A stretch of 64,000 nt of DNA from the human T2T-CHM13v2.0 reference genome, Homo sapiens, in assembly GCF_009914755.1 (NCBI RefSeq), contig NC_060931.1; one strand, given 5' to 3'. Of the stretch, positions 13,331 to 27,509 are shown piece by piece. A program made the position numbers and the translations under genes. The notes under the pieces are model-generated. The model was not told the origin of the DNA. It searched no databases and saw only the letters and a program-made list of their open reading frames with translations. Position 1 is the first letter of the stretch. Every line of letters starts with the position of its first letter.

Positions 13331-15168
13331 CAAACACAAATGTCTTTCTAGAAAAATGTACTTTAATACAAAACTGAATGTTTATATTTAATCTCTTTGA
13401 GCTATTCCTGCTTTGGCCTGTTTACAAATCCCACCCACAAGGTACTATCTTTTATGGAAGACTTTGTAATGTGAGTAAGGATACCAGAAAACAGTAAGTT
13501 AGTAATTTGTTCCATTCACCATCACTCTGTTACACATTCAGACAAAGCATGAGTGTGAAAGGATTTGAGCCTATTACCAAGATTAATGGAAACCCAGATG
13601 GGGGACTCCTGAAGAACTAACAGCTTCATCTGAAATCCAGTGGAAAACAATTGTCTCAGAGTCACGTGAAGTGCTACAAAAGCCAAAACATAACTAAGTC
13701 CGACTGCCTTCCGGGCATGGTTTGACAGCCTTGTGGGGTCTGAGAGCAGAAGCCTGAGAACAGAGATTTATGCCACAAATTAAGCTCCTAAAACTCCAGT
13801 GGAATATTTTGTGAGCCCCTTGGCCATATGTAACTGCACTGCTAACTGTCACTACAAGAGAACATTCTAAAAATGATGTGGAATGGGGTGCAGGACAGGG
13901 AGCATTTAATTGAAAAAAAAATCTTTGTAAAAATAAAAAAAATTTAAGAGCTATTTTGCAATTCTAAAACTTGCCTCATGTTCCAGTGATGTCTGAACAT
14001 GCTTGGGGCCATAATTTAAATAATTTTTTTCTCAACCAGTGGGGTGTAATTTTTAAATTACTGAAGATGTCCAAAGATAGTCATGATTTTCATCTATGAA
14101 AAACAAGACATTTTCTGAGAATTTCTACTTGCCCTACCTATTACTCATTTTTTAGACAGCTAAGACCTTTGAGGGTTAAGAGGCATAAATAACATAAAGA
14201 ATGACACTGAGAAAACACAAAATGAAGAACAGAGCAAAACTAGAAATTCTGTCCCAAGTGGGTCTTAACTGAACCATATGCAGTATTACATATTATTGAA
14301 CAGTCATGAGTTTCCAATTCGCTATAATGTTTTCCTCTGTGCTCACAAGTTGTTTGGTGAAGTCAAGCAAGCTAGCAAAAGGAAGCACTTATTCAGAGCC
14401 CATTTGAAAGAGGAAGAACCATGAACAGTGAATAAACAGGTGGAGGCAGGTATATTACAAAACTCTATGCATTTTGAAGGTTTGTATCAATATGAACAGG
14501 GCTTTCTCTCTAATCCCAGGGGCAGGATTTCAAAACATAGGCTTGGCTGGAATATTTATCTAATTTCTCATCACCTGACTAAAGCCAAATCCTAACCACA
14601 ATAATTGGTCTATTAAAAGATGTAGTTCTAGCAACTCTGGCAGATGAATCATTCAGATACACGCACACACATTTATGCTCCTCTTGGCTACACATAAGCA
14701 AACAAAACAAAACAAATAAACCACAGAGAAGGCAGAATGGGTGTAAGAAATTCCCACTCTACTGGTCCCTAACTCTCTATCTTTAATACATACTAAAGGC
14801 TAAATTTATATATATATAGATGGCTGTAAGAAGAGACAAATATCCCGGGAACATTTCCTGCAGAAAGACTAGTATTTCCTTTGGTATATAAGTGAAGAGT
14901 TTCAGAGGAAATTGGGAGAAGTACTTTCCTTTGTGCAATTCGTTTCTTGGACTGGCACTCCCGTTCCCCTGTTTATTTTTGCTTATCAGCCTCCTTAAGC
15001 TCCAAGCACAACCTTTCCTTTTCCATTGTTTTCATTTCTTTGCCACCTTTTTATTGATACATCTCATTCTCATTAATGTAGATTATGAATTATGATCAAG
15101 CAGTATCAAGCCCTTTTCAAGATACAACAATACTGAAGGGTTCTCGAAGAGGGTTAATATATACACAC

Positions 15169-15740
15169 CTAGTGGTAGGGCCAGGGCCGAGGTCTCGCCA
15201 CTACTGGGCCCGTTTTTTCCTCACTGCTGCTTTGGGGACACAGTCCCACGACAGCCGCGTGACATCGTCCAAGATGAGAATTTGCTGTTAGCGAAGGTCT
15301 TCCAGAAGAGACCAGAAATACTGAAAATGATTTTTCCACAGCCCCACGGACCAGAGCAGGATCAGTACCTGCTTCAACGTTCCACCCCGCAATCACCTGC
15401 ACCAGGGACTCAGAGACCCGGCAGCAGCATGGTTCGCACCACAGTCCCCAACTCGGTCTGGGCCCTGGGAAGTCCTCTTCACAAAGCCAATACACTTGGC
15501 CTGCGTGTGAGGCCTCTCCTCACAGTCAGGGCGAAGCCGCGGCTGCTCCAGGCCCCCTGGTGCCACCTGAGGCGGAGGCCCGGGCCCCACCTGCGCAATC
15601 GCCTAGATCCTCCTGTCTCGTTAGGCCCTGCTCCTCTGCCATTCCCGTGGGGGCTGCTGGGTAGGGCTCCGGTCTCCACCCTCCACCCTCCACCCTCGCT
15701 CTTGTGGGCGTGGCCTTCTCTCCATGTGGAACCCATTGGC
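15169..15740 (-). promoter_or_regulatory. CpG-rich promoter / first-exon candidate
   Basis: About 28 CpG counted by eye in ~570 bp of unique GC-rich DNA. CCAAT on the minus strand (15735-15739), GC box GGGCGTGGC (15706-15714), (CTCCACC)3, and donor TAG|GTGTGT at 15169/15168 at the GC-to-AT boundary. Confidence 0.55.
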
Positions 15741-18494
15741 CTGCAAGTGATACTTTAGAAATGGAGACCAGGAATCATGCAAAATGGATGTTGGTCTTTT
15801 CTGCCCTGTCGTGTCAGCTGATTCTTCTACTTGGCCTCCTTCTGTGGTTACTACTGCAGCTTTTTCTTGGGTCCTAGATTACTCCACCATCCTCCTGAGA
15901 TTCAGTTGCAGCTGAGAATCCTGGCTTTTACCCTGCCAGGGAGGGTAATGGGATGTTTCAGGGTGACACAGCTAGGGTCAAAGGACAAAGAATAGACTTT
16001 GATTCTTTTCCACCACCATAGACAAGAGAAGCAAGCCTTCTTGTCCAGGATTGAATACAGTGCCAGTGCTGTAGTTTCAACTCCACTGGCATTACTCAAG
16101 AAAGCAGCCAGGACTGATAAGTGGAGAATGGGGCAATAATATATTTTATTCACAATTGTTACCTTAAATATTACTTATGAATTGTTCTTTACTTGAAAAT
16201 GAATGCAAAGCAAGACCTAGAATTCCTGCTCAACAGTGTCAGCCTGTGTGGAATTACCATGCCATCAATAAAACTCCTAATATGATATGTTTGTAATTTT
16301 TACATCAATAATTATTAATTTGTAACATAATATAGTTCTACTTGGGTCAAAACAACTAAAAATGTAAAGATTTTCTCTCTAATTTTTCTCCCATAAAAAA
16401 GACATTTGTTTCTCTAGAGATGGAAAAATGTAATTTATAAGACGTTATATCATAATTTTGAAAAGGATTACAAATGGTGGATGATAGAATTTCTTACACA
16501 GTGCAGGTTCCTTTTATATATTTTTGGATATGTAGTTTACTTTTTCCTGCCTGAATACCAAATATTGCTTGGAAGGGAGTGGTGACAGGGTTCATGGGTC
16601 AAACTTGTTGAGAAAAGTCAAAATTGTAGCTAAGAAAAAAAAAAATTTACATCAATATAAAGAGCAAGGCAAGGACTGAACCTTAGAGAGTTGAGAAGAG
16701 CAAAGGTAATAAGGAAAGGTAACTAGGAATCAGACCGTCTTTTTTTAGTGTAGCACCTGGCATCTTTTGGAGACGTGTAACAGCTTTCAAGGAGTGATGC
16801 TGAATTTAATACTAAAGTGAAAATGCATGCTAAATATCTCAAGGGATCAGACTGTATTGGGTAGATTTGACACCTGTGTTGTTGATGGATAAATCTCTAA
16901 TCTCCCCCCTTAAAATATCAATCCATTTTTTTCAGTTCACCTTCTGATATAACACAGAACAACTCTATTCTCTGAATAAGCGAATATTTCAAAAATCAAG
17001 ATCAGCTGGCATCTCTCCTTTTAGTACACTTCAATAAAAATTGCACCAGGTCCATCATATATTTCAATTACAAAATAATATGTAGAAATTTTACCATTCT
17101 GATCTTTTTCAGTTTCTCAAAAACTCCTTAAAAAGCATAGTCCAAAATTGTATAAAGTACTTTAGATGAGATTTGAAAACTCTGAGTTCCAGAAGTTCTA
17201 TTATCAGGACCATAAATTTATATTAATATTTAAAATATCTGCTATTATGTTCACTTTCTTAGCAACTGTACCATATTATTAGCTCACATCAACTTGAGGG
17301 AAAAAACATATGTGGCAGGAGATTTCCCAAACTGATCAAGCAGGTCTTAAATTGGAAATTTGTGGAGGAAGGTGAATTACAACCTGAGATGCAGAATGGG
17401 ACATTATAGCACAATTAACAGAAGTGTCATAGAGAGATAGTTCCTGAACAGTATCTGTGACTTCAGCTAAGCTCTTCAGAATTCATACAAATTCTCAATC
17501 ACTCTGGAGTAAGCATACTTTAAAAACTGGGCAGAACTGAGGGGAATATTAGGGTGGCTGCCTCAGAAAGTACCTGAATTGTCTAAAGATCTTGATCCCC
17601 TTATTTCTCTGACCAAGTTTGACTGCTGTGTCCCTGATTTCCTTCTGAGTTTATAGTTCTCCTGTCTCCTCACCTTTCTCCCCTCCAACAGCCCCCTTCT
17701 TCTCTTCAGCATGACTGACCTAGCTGTTTGGTCTTCTGTTCAGCTTCAAACACGCACCCTTTTTCTTTTTTATCTATTCTTCCCCATTCATTTTGGTATC
17801 TTGCCCCATGCTACTGATTCCATCTTTTCTTAAATACATTTCTGCCTTTATCACTATGTGATATTTATCATAGGCATCTGTATATCCTACAGAATCTAAA
17901 TTATCTTTTTGAGTTGTAACATGAGCAACTTGGCAACTGGCATTTAGTTAATATAGCCAATTTTACATAGGTAAAATCCATACCATGGCTATCACTATGG
18001 CTTGGCAGGATGAGTCTTAAATATGTATGACAACACTGGAAAAGATAAGATCTGTCTTAAAGGAAAGAGATTTAATGTACAAAGTGGATTTTGCGTTGAA
18101 AGTAGATTGATTTGTTAAACAGTGTATTAAAAAGGATATTGACAAGCAGAGAAAAAAAATGGTGTTTCTGAGAGATACCACAGACTGCTCAAAGAAAGAG
18201 AGAGAAGATACAACTGATGCTTTCCTAATATAGATTATAACTCTAGTATTCAGGCTATTAGTGTCAGAAACCTTACCTCTCTCATCTTTGAATTCCCTTT
18301 AGATTTCAGCAAAATGCTTTTTGAATTGAAATTAGTCTCTGTTGGTAGTGCCTTAATGCAGAACAGTTGATATATTCTTGATGTAACCAGAAGAATCTTT
18401 TATGACTCGAAAGCTAGAAAAATCCCCAGGAAAATGGTTTACTTTAGCCTTGATCTAAACGACAAAATAGGGTAGAAGCGCTAACACTCATCAA

Positions 18495-18690
18495 ACTCTT
18501 CCAGGCATTCTGCAGCCCTCATCTCATTGAGTCTTCATAAAATCCAACTGAAGTACAATTTTTAGACCTATTTTTCAGATGAGGAAGTAAATACTCAGAT
18601 TAATAACTGTCTTATAGGCAGTAACTATTAATGAGGGAGTTAGAATGAAAACTTTAGCTTCAGAGTCTGTGATCCATCGGATCCACCATG
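18495..18690 (-). mobile_element. MIR SINE
   Basis: ATCTCATTGAGTCTTCATAA...TTTTCAGATGAGGAAGTAAATACTCAGA...CTTCAGAGTCTGTG. Confidence 0.65.
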
Positions 18691-19689
18691 CAATCCTTCA
18701 GTGACTGGTGAGAAGCAAATGAGAAGAGCCTTGGAAAATAAATGTTTATGTCATCCTAGTAAGAAGAAAGCAGAAAGAGCACTTAGGGCATGTAGCTTCT
18801 GGGAAAAGTTTTCTCAGATTTCAAAAAAGAGAAAGAACAATGATGTATTTAACCAAAGAGGAAGCCTAACGAGTGCCATGTAGCCCTGAGGATGGTACCA
18901 GGGAAAGCTCAGAATAAACTCATGTTTATATAACTGCTAAACACAAGCAAATAAATAGATAAATAATATTTTTGCACATACGCTTGGAATAAAAAAGTTG
19001 GCAAAGGATGTATAGCCCTACTGTTTGGAGAAGGTTGCATAAATATTACACAATTTAAAGAAAAGATAACATGGAGTAGCCCCTATTTGTTTTTATCTTT
19101 TCCACTGAGGTAAACAGCCTTCCAAATTAAAATTACATTGCAAGTATTGTTAAGAGGCTACTGTTAACCAGGGTAAAAAAGAGTAGAATAAAACAGTACT
19201 AAAAAACAGCATCAAGAAAGGTCTTGATAAGTTTTGCAACAATCAGTGTGAACAGAGCTCACTAAGGTGATTATGGAGTCATTCTGGGTATGCATGGAGA
19301 TATCATGAGGAATGAGAGGGATGCCATAGACCAGACAGGGAAAAACATTGTATTTCAGAAACTCCAGCTGTACTTAAGAGAGGGAGGTGGGACCAGAGTT
19401 GGAACTGGGTCTTTTCTTTTTTTTTTTTTTTTTGTAATTCCCATAACACTGGGCATCCCACCTGTGGATCATGGTATTTAATAAATGCTTTTTCTTTTCA
19501 TCCTGAATGGAGATAATTTTCCAATTCAAATACATGTGAAACAAGTATAGCATCATATAGTTGGCAGAGCAACTCTCTATATAGTTTATAGAGTGCTTTC
19601 AGTTTCTTAGAGAAATGGAACTATAAAGCTATCAATGGAAACTCTAAATGTTACTATTATTATCACAATTAATAATATATTTTCAGTGC

Positions 19690-19800
19690 AGCCAATATTT
19701 CCCTTGGTTACCATTTTCCAGATGCTGTGTAAGGCACTGGGGATGTAGAGATAAATGAGGTACTCTTTGTTCACAAGTTTCCCATTATCTTGAGCTAATA
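19690..19800 (-). mobile_element. L2 3' fragment
   Basis: CCAGATGCTGTGTAAGGCACTGGGGATGTAGAGATAAATGAG. Confidence 0.45.
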
Positions 19801-20024
19801 ACAACCAGGCGGTGACTTCACAGAGACCTTCATCTTCAGGAAATGTGTGTCTGTGAATAGGCAGGGTGTCCTAGGCAATAGCCAATCATAGATGAATGTA
19901 TGGATTATTATGATTTATAAAGAGAGGCAAATGAGGATTTCAACCATAAATCCTTTAAAATATCAGGACCCTTGTTCTTAGAACTGCACATATTGAATTC
20001 CACATGGCAGAGCAAAGCAAACGA

Positions 20025-20246
20025 AGATAGTAGTGAGTGTTTATTCCATGCCATGCATTGTTCTAAGAGTTTATCTGTACTACCTCATTTAGTGCTCTCG
20101 ACAACCCTGTGAGGTAGCAACGTTATTCTACAAAGGAGAAAACCAAAGCATAGAAAAATGAAACACTTTGCTCAAATCACAAATACAGTAAGTAGTAGAA
20201 CCTAGATTTTAACCTGGCCAATTTGACTACAGACTCCATCATCTTT
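20025..20246 (-). mobile_element. MIR SINE
   Basis: TTGTTCTAAGAGTTTA...CTCATTTAGTGCTCTCGACAACCCTGTGAGGTAG...AGTAGTAGAACCTAGATTTTAACC. Confidence 0.75.
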
Positions 20247-20532
20247 ATTTTTTTTTTTCAGTTCAGGACTCCTGATTTTTGTTGTTTATTCATGTACTCA
20301 CTAATTTGCAAAATTCTATAATCCACAGTGGGTTTCCCCTGTCATTTGTGCTAATTAGTGGAATTCTACAGTACTAATAAATCAACATTATCCAAACACG
20401 GTTTTTGGAGATATGGTTGTAATACATTCTTGCATAGGAATTTTTAAAAATTAGATAGTGGTTCACCACTGCAATTCTGATTTTTACTGATAGGATTTTG
20501 ATGTACATCCTTCTACAGCTGGATTTTTAAAA

Positions 20533-21162
20533 ATTTTTATTTTGATTTAAGTTTTGGGATACATGTATAGGACGTGCAGGTTTGTTACATAGGTAAATGT
20601 GTGCCATGGTGGTTTGCTGCACCTATCAACCCATCACCTAGGTATTAAACCCTGCGTGAATTAGCCATTTATCCTGATGTTCTCCCTCCCCTTGCCCCCA
20701 CCCGACAGGCCCCAGTAAGTGTTGTTCCCCTCCCTGTGTCCATGTGTTCTTATTGTTCAGCTCCCACTTATGAGTAAGAACATGCGGTGTTTGGTTTTCT
20801 GTTCCTGTGTTTGTTTGCTAAGGATGATGGCTTCCAGCTTCATCCATGTCCCCCTGCAAAGGACATGATCTCATTCCTTTTTATGGCTGCATAATATTCT
20901 GTGGTGTATATGTACCACATTTGCTTTATCCAGTCTATCATTGATGGGCATTTAGTTTGATTCTGTGTCTTTGTTATTGTGAATAGTGCTGCAATAAACA
21001 TATGTGTGCATGTTTCCTTATAATAGAATGATTTATATTCCTTTGGGTATATATCCAGTAATGAGATTGCTGGAACAAATGGTGTTTCTGGTTCTAGATC
21101 CTTGAGGAATCGTCACATTGTCTTCCACAACGGTTGAACTGATTTACATTCCCACCAGCGGT
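20533..21162 (-). mobile_element. 5'-truncated L1PA (PA8-like) 3' end
   Basis: TTTAAGTTTTGGGATACATGTATAGGACGTGCAGGTTTGTTACATAGGTAAATGTGTGCCATGGTGGTTTGCTGCACCTATCAACCC, running to GATTTACATTCCCACCA. Confidence 0.93.
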
Positions 21163-21896
21163 TTGCACTAAACCAAAATATAGTTATGCTCTAAATAAGG
21201 AAAGACAAAGGAGAAAAAAATCATAAATTGGTCTTGCTTTGGACTCTGCCTCTCTTTTCTGTCCTCATCCATCCTCTCATCTTGGTACCCAGTACCCTGC
21301 TGAGAGCTCTCTTTCCAAAGGAACATTGTCTAATAATCTTATTCATACTAAAGTAGTAAAGGCCCCATGGTGGATCTTTCCCAGATGTTCGTATTTTAAA
21401 AAAGATAATCTCAAGGAGAGGGGACTGTATAACACAACCCCAAAAAATGACTAATAAGAAAAATTTAAGAATATGAATGAGGGTTTTCTGGATCATAGAG
21501 GGTGTGGTTCACTCTCTTAGGAATAATATCAACTATTCTACCTGAGAGTGGTCAATAGAGCACAAAATATATTTGGGGAAAATTTTGAGGAGCCATCTTT
21601 AAAAGATGAACTTTGAATGCTATCAAGGCAGAAGCAATAGGTTCAGAATCTCAGGCCAGGAAAAGCAGGGGCCCTCATGGCCGCAGGAAGAGCAAGAGCA
21701 AAGGCTATGGAGAGGAGAGTTTCCAAAACACAGACCTATCTCTCACGAACCTAAACAACCCTGAAGTCTGGGAATCCATCCCAAAATACATTTTCTGAAG
21801 GTAAAACAAGTTAATAATTAGTTCTCGCCATTATCTTACTTTTACAAAACTGTCTTCTATATGTAAAACAAATTGAGGTTAACACAAAGATCATTC

Positions 21897-21898
<2 letters not shown>

Positions 21899-21928
<30 letters not shown>
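21899..21928. repeat. (TG)15 microsatellite
   Basis: Read directly. Confidence 0.97.
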
Positions 21929-21929
<1 letters not shown>

Positions 21930-23026
21930 ATTTTGCCCTGGAAATTTAATATTCTATCTTTTGCTTTTAAAACATAATGTTTTATGTGGAAAGCCTATAC
22001 TGGACTGTATCCAAGGGCACTTTATTATTAAAATCCCAAAATCTCTATCATATAGTTTCATTTATAAGACAAAAACTGTTTTACATTAAAACACGAATGG
22101 TAGAATTTTAATGTTCTTTATTTCTTTCTAGAAGAATTTTATAGTCTCACAAAATAATTGCGGTATATGCTTAATTTGAGAAATAGAATGCTACTTGATA
22201 ACCATACACATGTATATAAGCTGCAATGATTTTACAAGGCTTTTATCCAGTCTCCCACTTAGTCAGATGATAAGACCCTCTTGTGACTCATTCTTTTTCT
22301 CTATTTTTCAATTCTCTAACTTCCTGGAAGCTCCTCTGTTCTGGTGGTCGGGTAGGAGGGAAGCATTCACCCAGAAAATGAGCTCAAAAGATTCTCCCTT
22401 GAGTTCTTGGTTCACTGTTTTGTTTTGTTTTTCCCATGTATTTTGCCTGGAAAGAAAGGCCAGAGTGAATGAGTCAAGCAACAGATAGATGAAACTAATT
22501 TTGCTATATTGTTTGTCTAGAATGTTGTAGGTGAGAATATTAGTAAATAAAGGGATTTTTTGTCTTTACAAAAATTCTAGAATTATTTCTAAATATATAT
22601 CTTCATATCATTCTAAATGTGTGTGGTAGGTTTGGAAAAGAAATTAAGAATGCCTTTCTGCTTTATCAAAAATCAGTACCAATATATCAATGTTTACTCC
22701 CAATGAAGTAAAAACTTGATTGGAACACTAATGAAGGAATGTTCACTCTAATATTCAAATGAATAAAATCATATTTATTGTTGGCTTTTATAGGTGAAAT
22801 CTACATGGCTATTACGAATTCCATGTATTCCAACTCATAGATAGATTGATTGGTTAATTCCTTCTAACATTCAAGGGATGGATACAGGTGGCCATACCTT
22901 TTATTCTAAAAAGAAAATGTAACAATTTCTTAAATAATTACATTTCATACAAATAATATGAGAAAATAGAGATGGATTTCACTTATAAAAGTACACAAGG
23001 AACCCTTAAATGAAATACAAATGATT

Positions 23027-23180
23027 AAGCATTCTCACTACACACACACAAAGGCAACTAAATGAAGAGATGGATGTTAATTAGCTTGACTGTAGTAATC
23101 ATTTTACTGTGATTATGTATATCAAAACATAATATTGTGCAACTTAAATATATACAATTTTTATTTAAAAACCAAAATAA
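23027..23180 (+). mobile_element. L1MA-type 3' end
   Basis: GATGGATGTTAATTAGCTTGACTGTAGTAATCATTTTAC...TATATCAAAACAT...AAATATATACAATTTTTATTT followed by an A-rich tail. Confidence 0.8.
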
Positions 23181-24247
23181 AAATTACATAATACAATAAA
23201 AGAATAATCTCCCATAACCAAGTAAAATATATCCAGTAATATAAATGTTTAAATATGAGACTCTGTCAATATAATACAATCAGCATGAAGTTACCACAGA
23301 TTCTTTGAAAATTACATATACATTTCTAAGAAACATTGATTTCAGGAAGTTTAAAAAGTACCTTGGCACTTTGCTTTTAATAAAAGAAACACTACATTTG
23401 TAAATGAATAGCCAAAATTATTCATAGTGGAGAAATAATAAAGATTTTCAACATGGAGGGAAATGCACCTATTATTAATACCTGGGAATAATTTAGTCCC
23501 TGGCAAGATAGTGAATGAACATAATCCTCTAATTCCCTTCCCAACACAACACTGTAAATACTGTATATACTGATGCCATAGAAACAACAGTCTATTGCTA
23601 CATCCTGGGAAAGCCCTGGAAAGAGAAGGTGGGCTCAACTGAGGGGTGATGCACTAGCCAAGAGAAGAAAGTCCAGAGACCAAGGGCAGGGCAAGACCTT
23701 TCCATTGTGTGTGTATGCGTGTGTTTTTGCAGATTCCTCTCACACACACATCATGGAGTGGACCATTTCCTTCTCCTATGCCACTTTGAGACAGAAAACA
23801 GGCCGACCTGGTAAGAACAGGCCAGAGGTTGTTCCCTATACTGTCTGGAGTTAGTGAGTGTATCACAACAGGCACAGACGGTCCAGTCTGCTCCTCAGTA
23901 TTTTCTCCTCCGGTAACCCTGTATCCATCCCAAGATTTGACTGATTACAAGAAAGAAACGTTGCGTTTGGAAAGAATCAGTGCCTGCATGGGGGTACTGG
24001 GAGATTTTCTGTGGAGCAGTGCCATTTGTCAAAGGTTTGGTCAATAAGGAATGATGGAACTCAGCTTGTCATGAGATAGGCTTTTTTCCGGTGAGCCCTG
24101 ACCCACTTGAAACTTATCAAGAGGGAAACATGTTAGGGTCTAGACTTTCGCTCCTCCTATGGGTGCATATTACTAGCTAAGGAAATGTGAGATCCTAAAG
24201 AATAATAACAAAACCTCTGAGGAATAATACTCCTTTAAGAGAGAGAC

Positions 24248-24275
24248 AAAACAAACAAACAAACAAACAAACAAA
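24248..24275. repeat. (AAAC)n microsatellite
   Basis: Read directly. Confidence 0.9.
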
Positions 24276-24289
24276 CTGAACAACCTATT

Positions 24290-27200
24290 CATCATGAAAT
24301 GAATTGTCTAGAGAGAATAACTTTTTAAGGTCAGCATAGTAAGTTTCTCAAAGGGGTAAGAAAGAATATTGATAAAAAGAAACAGGGATAAATATTTATG
24401 AAAAACAAATGGAGAAGATTAAGTATGAAACTACATAGCAGATTAAAAACTAAATAAAAAGACATTGAAAGGTGGAATAGATACAGCAAAAGAATAAATA
24501 AGTTGCTGTCGAATTGGATTAATGAATTATGAGTCAACAAGAAGGGAGAAAGAAGGAAGATTTTAAATAAAATTTAAAAGGTATGAAGGATAAAAGTAGA
24601 AATGTCAGCATTCATATAATAGGAATCTCAAAAGGAAGAGAAAAACATACATGGGAGGAAGAAAATAGTTTTCAAACTAATTATAGAACATTTGCCATAA
24701 CTTAAGTGACATGAAAGAACTCAGGCTGAAAGGACTTAGAGTATGAAACAGTATTCCTAAGGAAGGGGGAAAAAGTCAATATCCAGCTGTATTAAAATGA
24801 AATTTAGAAACATCAAAATTAGAAAAAAGTTAGCAAAGTTATAGAATAAAGCAATAACATACTATGTTTTAACTGATAGATATATAGGGAAATTTATATC
24901 CAAAAAGTGGCGGTTCCAAATTATTTTTGAGCACATATATAATCCTTCTTCCACATACACAAACTATGTACCAGATTACAAAGAATCAGTAACATACAGA
25001 CTGTTTTCTCACTTTAAGGCAATAAAATTAGAAATCAATAATGAAATGGTAGCTTAAAAACTAAAAAGTATATTATTTAATAACATTTGTGTTGATTAAA
25101 CCACAGAAAAATTACAAAATCCTTAGAATGGAATGAAAAAGAAAACACCATCAAAACTTCCAAAACACAGCTAAAGAAGCACCTAAAGACAAATTGGATG
25201 CATTCAGTACACTTATCAAAAAATAAGAAATAGAAAAAAAATGAGCAAAACTTTCAACTCAATATGAGGACAAGTTTCAAAATAAACTCAAAGATATAAG
25301 AAAAAATATTAAAAATTATAGAATAAATTAAAGACAAATGAAAACAATAGGAGAGATTAGTTAAAGCAAAGTCTTTTTAAAGAAGATAAATAAATGGGAA
25401 AAATTTGGCCCTGAGGAAGAAAAGATAGAGGTAAGACATGTAAAAATAAGAAAAAAATATAGACAACTATGCAATAATTTAAAAATAACAAAAATCCTAT
25501 GAACAATTACTTATCAATACAATTAAAAGTCTTGTTAAAATATATTTTTGTCTATCATAAAATTGCCAACATGACACAAGAGAAATAGAAAAGCCATTAA
25601 ATAAACAAATAAAAGTTCAGATGGCATTTTATGGATGTTCTTTCAAACTTTCAAGGGTAGAATAATCTTTGTCTTATACAAGAGGATTAAAAAATATATA
25701 AACAGGGAAAGTTTCTCAACCTATTTACATGGCTTATGTAACTTTGATACCAAGAGTAGATAAAGTTACTATAAAGAAACAAAATGTGGGGCCCATTTCA
25801 CTTATTAAAATACATGCAAAATGCCATATAAATTTAGAGAAAACATTTGATGAAATTCAAGGCATATGTATATTAAAAATAGTTGAAATCCTTCTTTAAG
25901 TTATTCTTCTATCAATAACTGAGATCAAATATTTTACTTAATAAGAAAGTTTGGATGAATCTACTTTATAATTACAGACCAGATGAAAATGCCCACCATT
26001 CATTGTTACCATTAGTGATGTTTTCAAAAGTCCTAGACAATGCAATAAGATAAGAAAAGGGAACAAGAGGTAAAGATCTAAAAGGATGTTGCAAATTCTA
26101 ATTATTTATAGGTTATATGATCAATTACCAAAGAAAATCCCTGAAAACAGCAAAAAATCTTTAGAAAAAGCAAAGAGGTCAGTAAAATAGTCACATATAC
26201 AAGATTAATTTAGAAATATTGTGTCCCCTTTTCCAGCAAGAACATAAGAAAGAGAATAGAAAATATCTCATAATATCATTATAACATATCTGTAAAACAA
26301 GTAAGAAATAAGCTTTAAAGTACATTACACAATGGAAAAAATATCTGACTAAATAGAGACAGATATCATGTTCATGGTTGGAATGAATTTTGTTTCATTT
26401 GTACATTAATATCAACTCTAATAAAAACTATGATAGAAGTGTTAAGAACTCTACAAACTTACTGTAAACTTAATATGGATGAATACAGATTCACAAATAG
26501 CTAAATCTACCTTCAAAAGGTAGAATAAGGAAAGATGACTTGCATTACCAGTGTTTCAGGCAAAGTACTAAACCATATTAGTAAAGAGTGTAGTGTCGGT
26601 ACAGGAACACACAGCTCAATGAAATGGATCTGTGTATATGTTGAAACATATAAAGTAGATAGCACAAAACTTAGTAGAGAAAAGATGGGTTCTTTAGTAG
26701 TGTTAGAAAAACTCATAGGGAAAAATAAATTAGAATTCTTCCATTAAAAAAAGAAAATATACAGGAGGATTACATACTTAAATATGATAGGAATAAATAT
26801 AAATCTATTAGCAAAATGTGAGTCAATGGATGGTGATCTTGGTATGGAGAAGGACTTTTTAACACCTATGTGCTCTTGAAAGGACAAAAAATAAAGAAAG
26901 GGATGTATTTAACATAATATTCAGAATTTCTGTCTAATAAAATCATTATAGGCAAAGCTAACAGAAACCACATACTGGAAATGGCATTTGAAGCATCTAG
27001 ATCTAACAAGTTTATCTGGACAAAGAAATGTGGAAAATCAAGAGAAGATACACAATCCAGCAGAATAAACGTTCGTGTATAATAATAACTGATTCATGAA
27101 AGGGGCATCTTGAGCGACTCAAAGTTCATGAAGGAGTACTCACTCAGTCTCATTTTTAATAAGCAGCAAGTCTAGGGGGCAATCTGACAATTCTAGATGA

Positions 27201-27350
27201 ACCTAAGTGAGAAGTTTTCATGAGTCAGCAAACTCTCCCAACAGCAAATTGTCCAGAAAAATACTTGTTTATGGCTGTTCATGGTAGTAAGTACTGGTAG
27301 CAACCTAGATGTCACCCCAGGAGAATAGATAAATGGATACGTGGAATGCC
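24290..27350 (+). mobile_element. Ancient L1M (L1ME-like): degraded ORF1 and ORF2 segments with deletions
   Basis: Strongly A-rich. ORF1-like ATAATAGGAATCTCAAAAGGAAGAG; ORF2-like ATAAAATTAGAAATCAATAA, ACTTTGATACCAA, AAAACATTTGATGAAATTCAA, GTCCTAGACAATGCAATAAGA and CATGTTCATGGTTGGAA. Confidence 0.8.
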
Positions 27351-27509
27351 TTGGAAGCTGGTCTTTCTTATAGAAGGCTTTCTTATCTCAGAAGATCTGC
27401 CAAGAGATTAGCAATAGAGCAGATGTCCCAGGGAGCAAGTCCGTATATCATGGTTCCCACTGATGCCTCTTTCATTCAAACTAGTCCCCAAGCAGCAGTC
27501 AGGCCATGG

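Noticed and set aside
15264-15352. P-loop-like GPWGCGK and Walker-B-like ILILDD on the minus strand (possible NTPase pseudogene)
   Set aside because: The motifs are in different frames, GK is not followed by S/T, there are stops nearby, I see no poly(A) tail or TSD, and I recognise no parent gene. A TBLASTX hit would be needed to revive this.
15282-15758. 158-aa plus-strand ORF
   Set aside because: It has a non-ATG start, Pro/Arg/Leu-rich composition typical of GC-rich non-coding DNA, and no recognisable domain.
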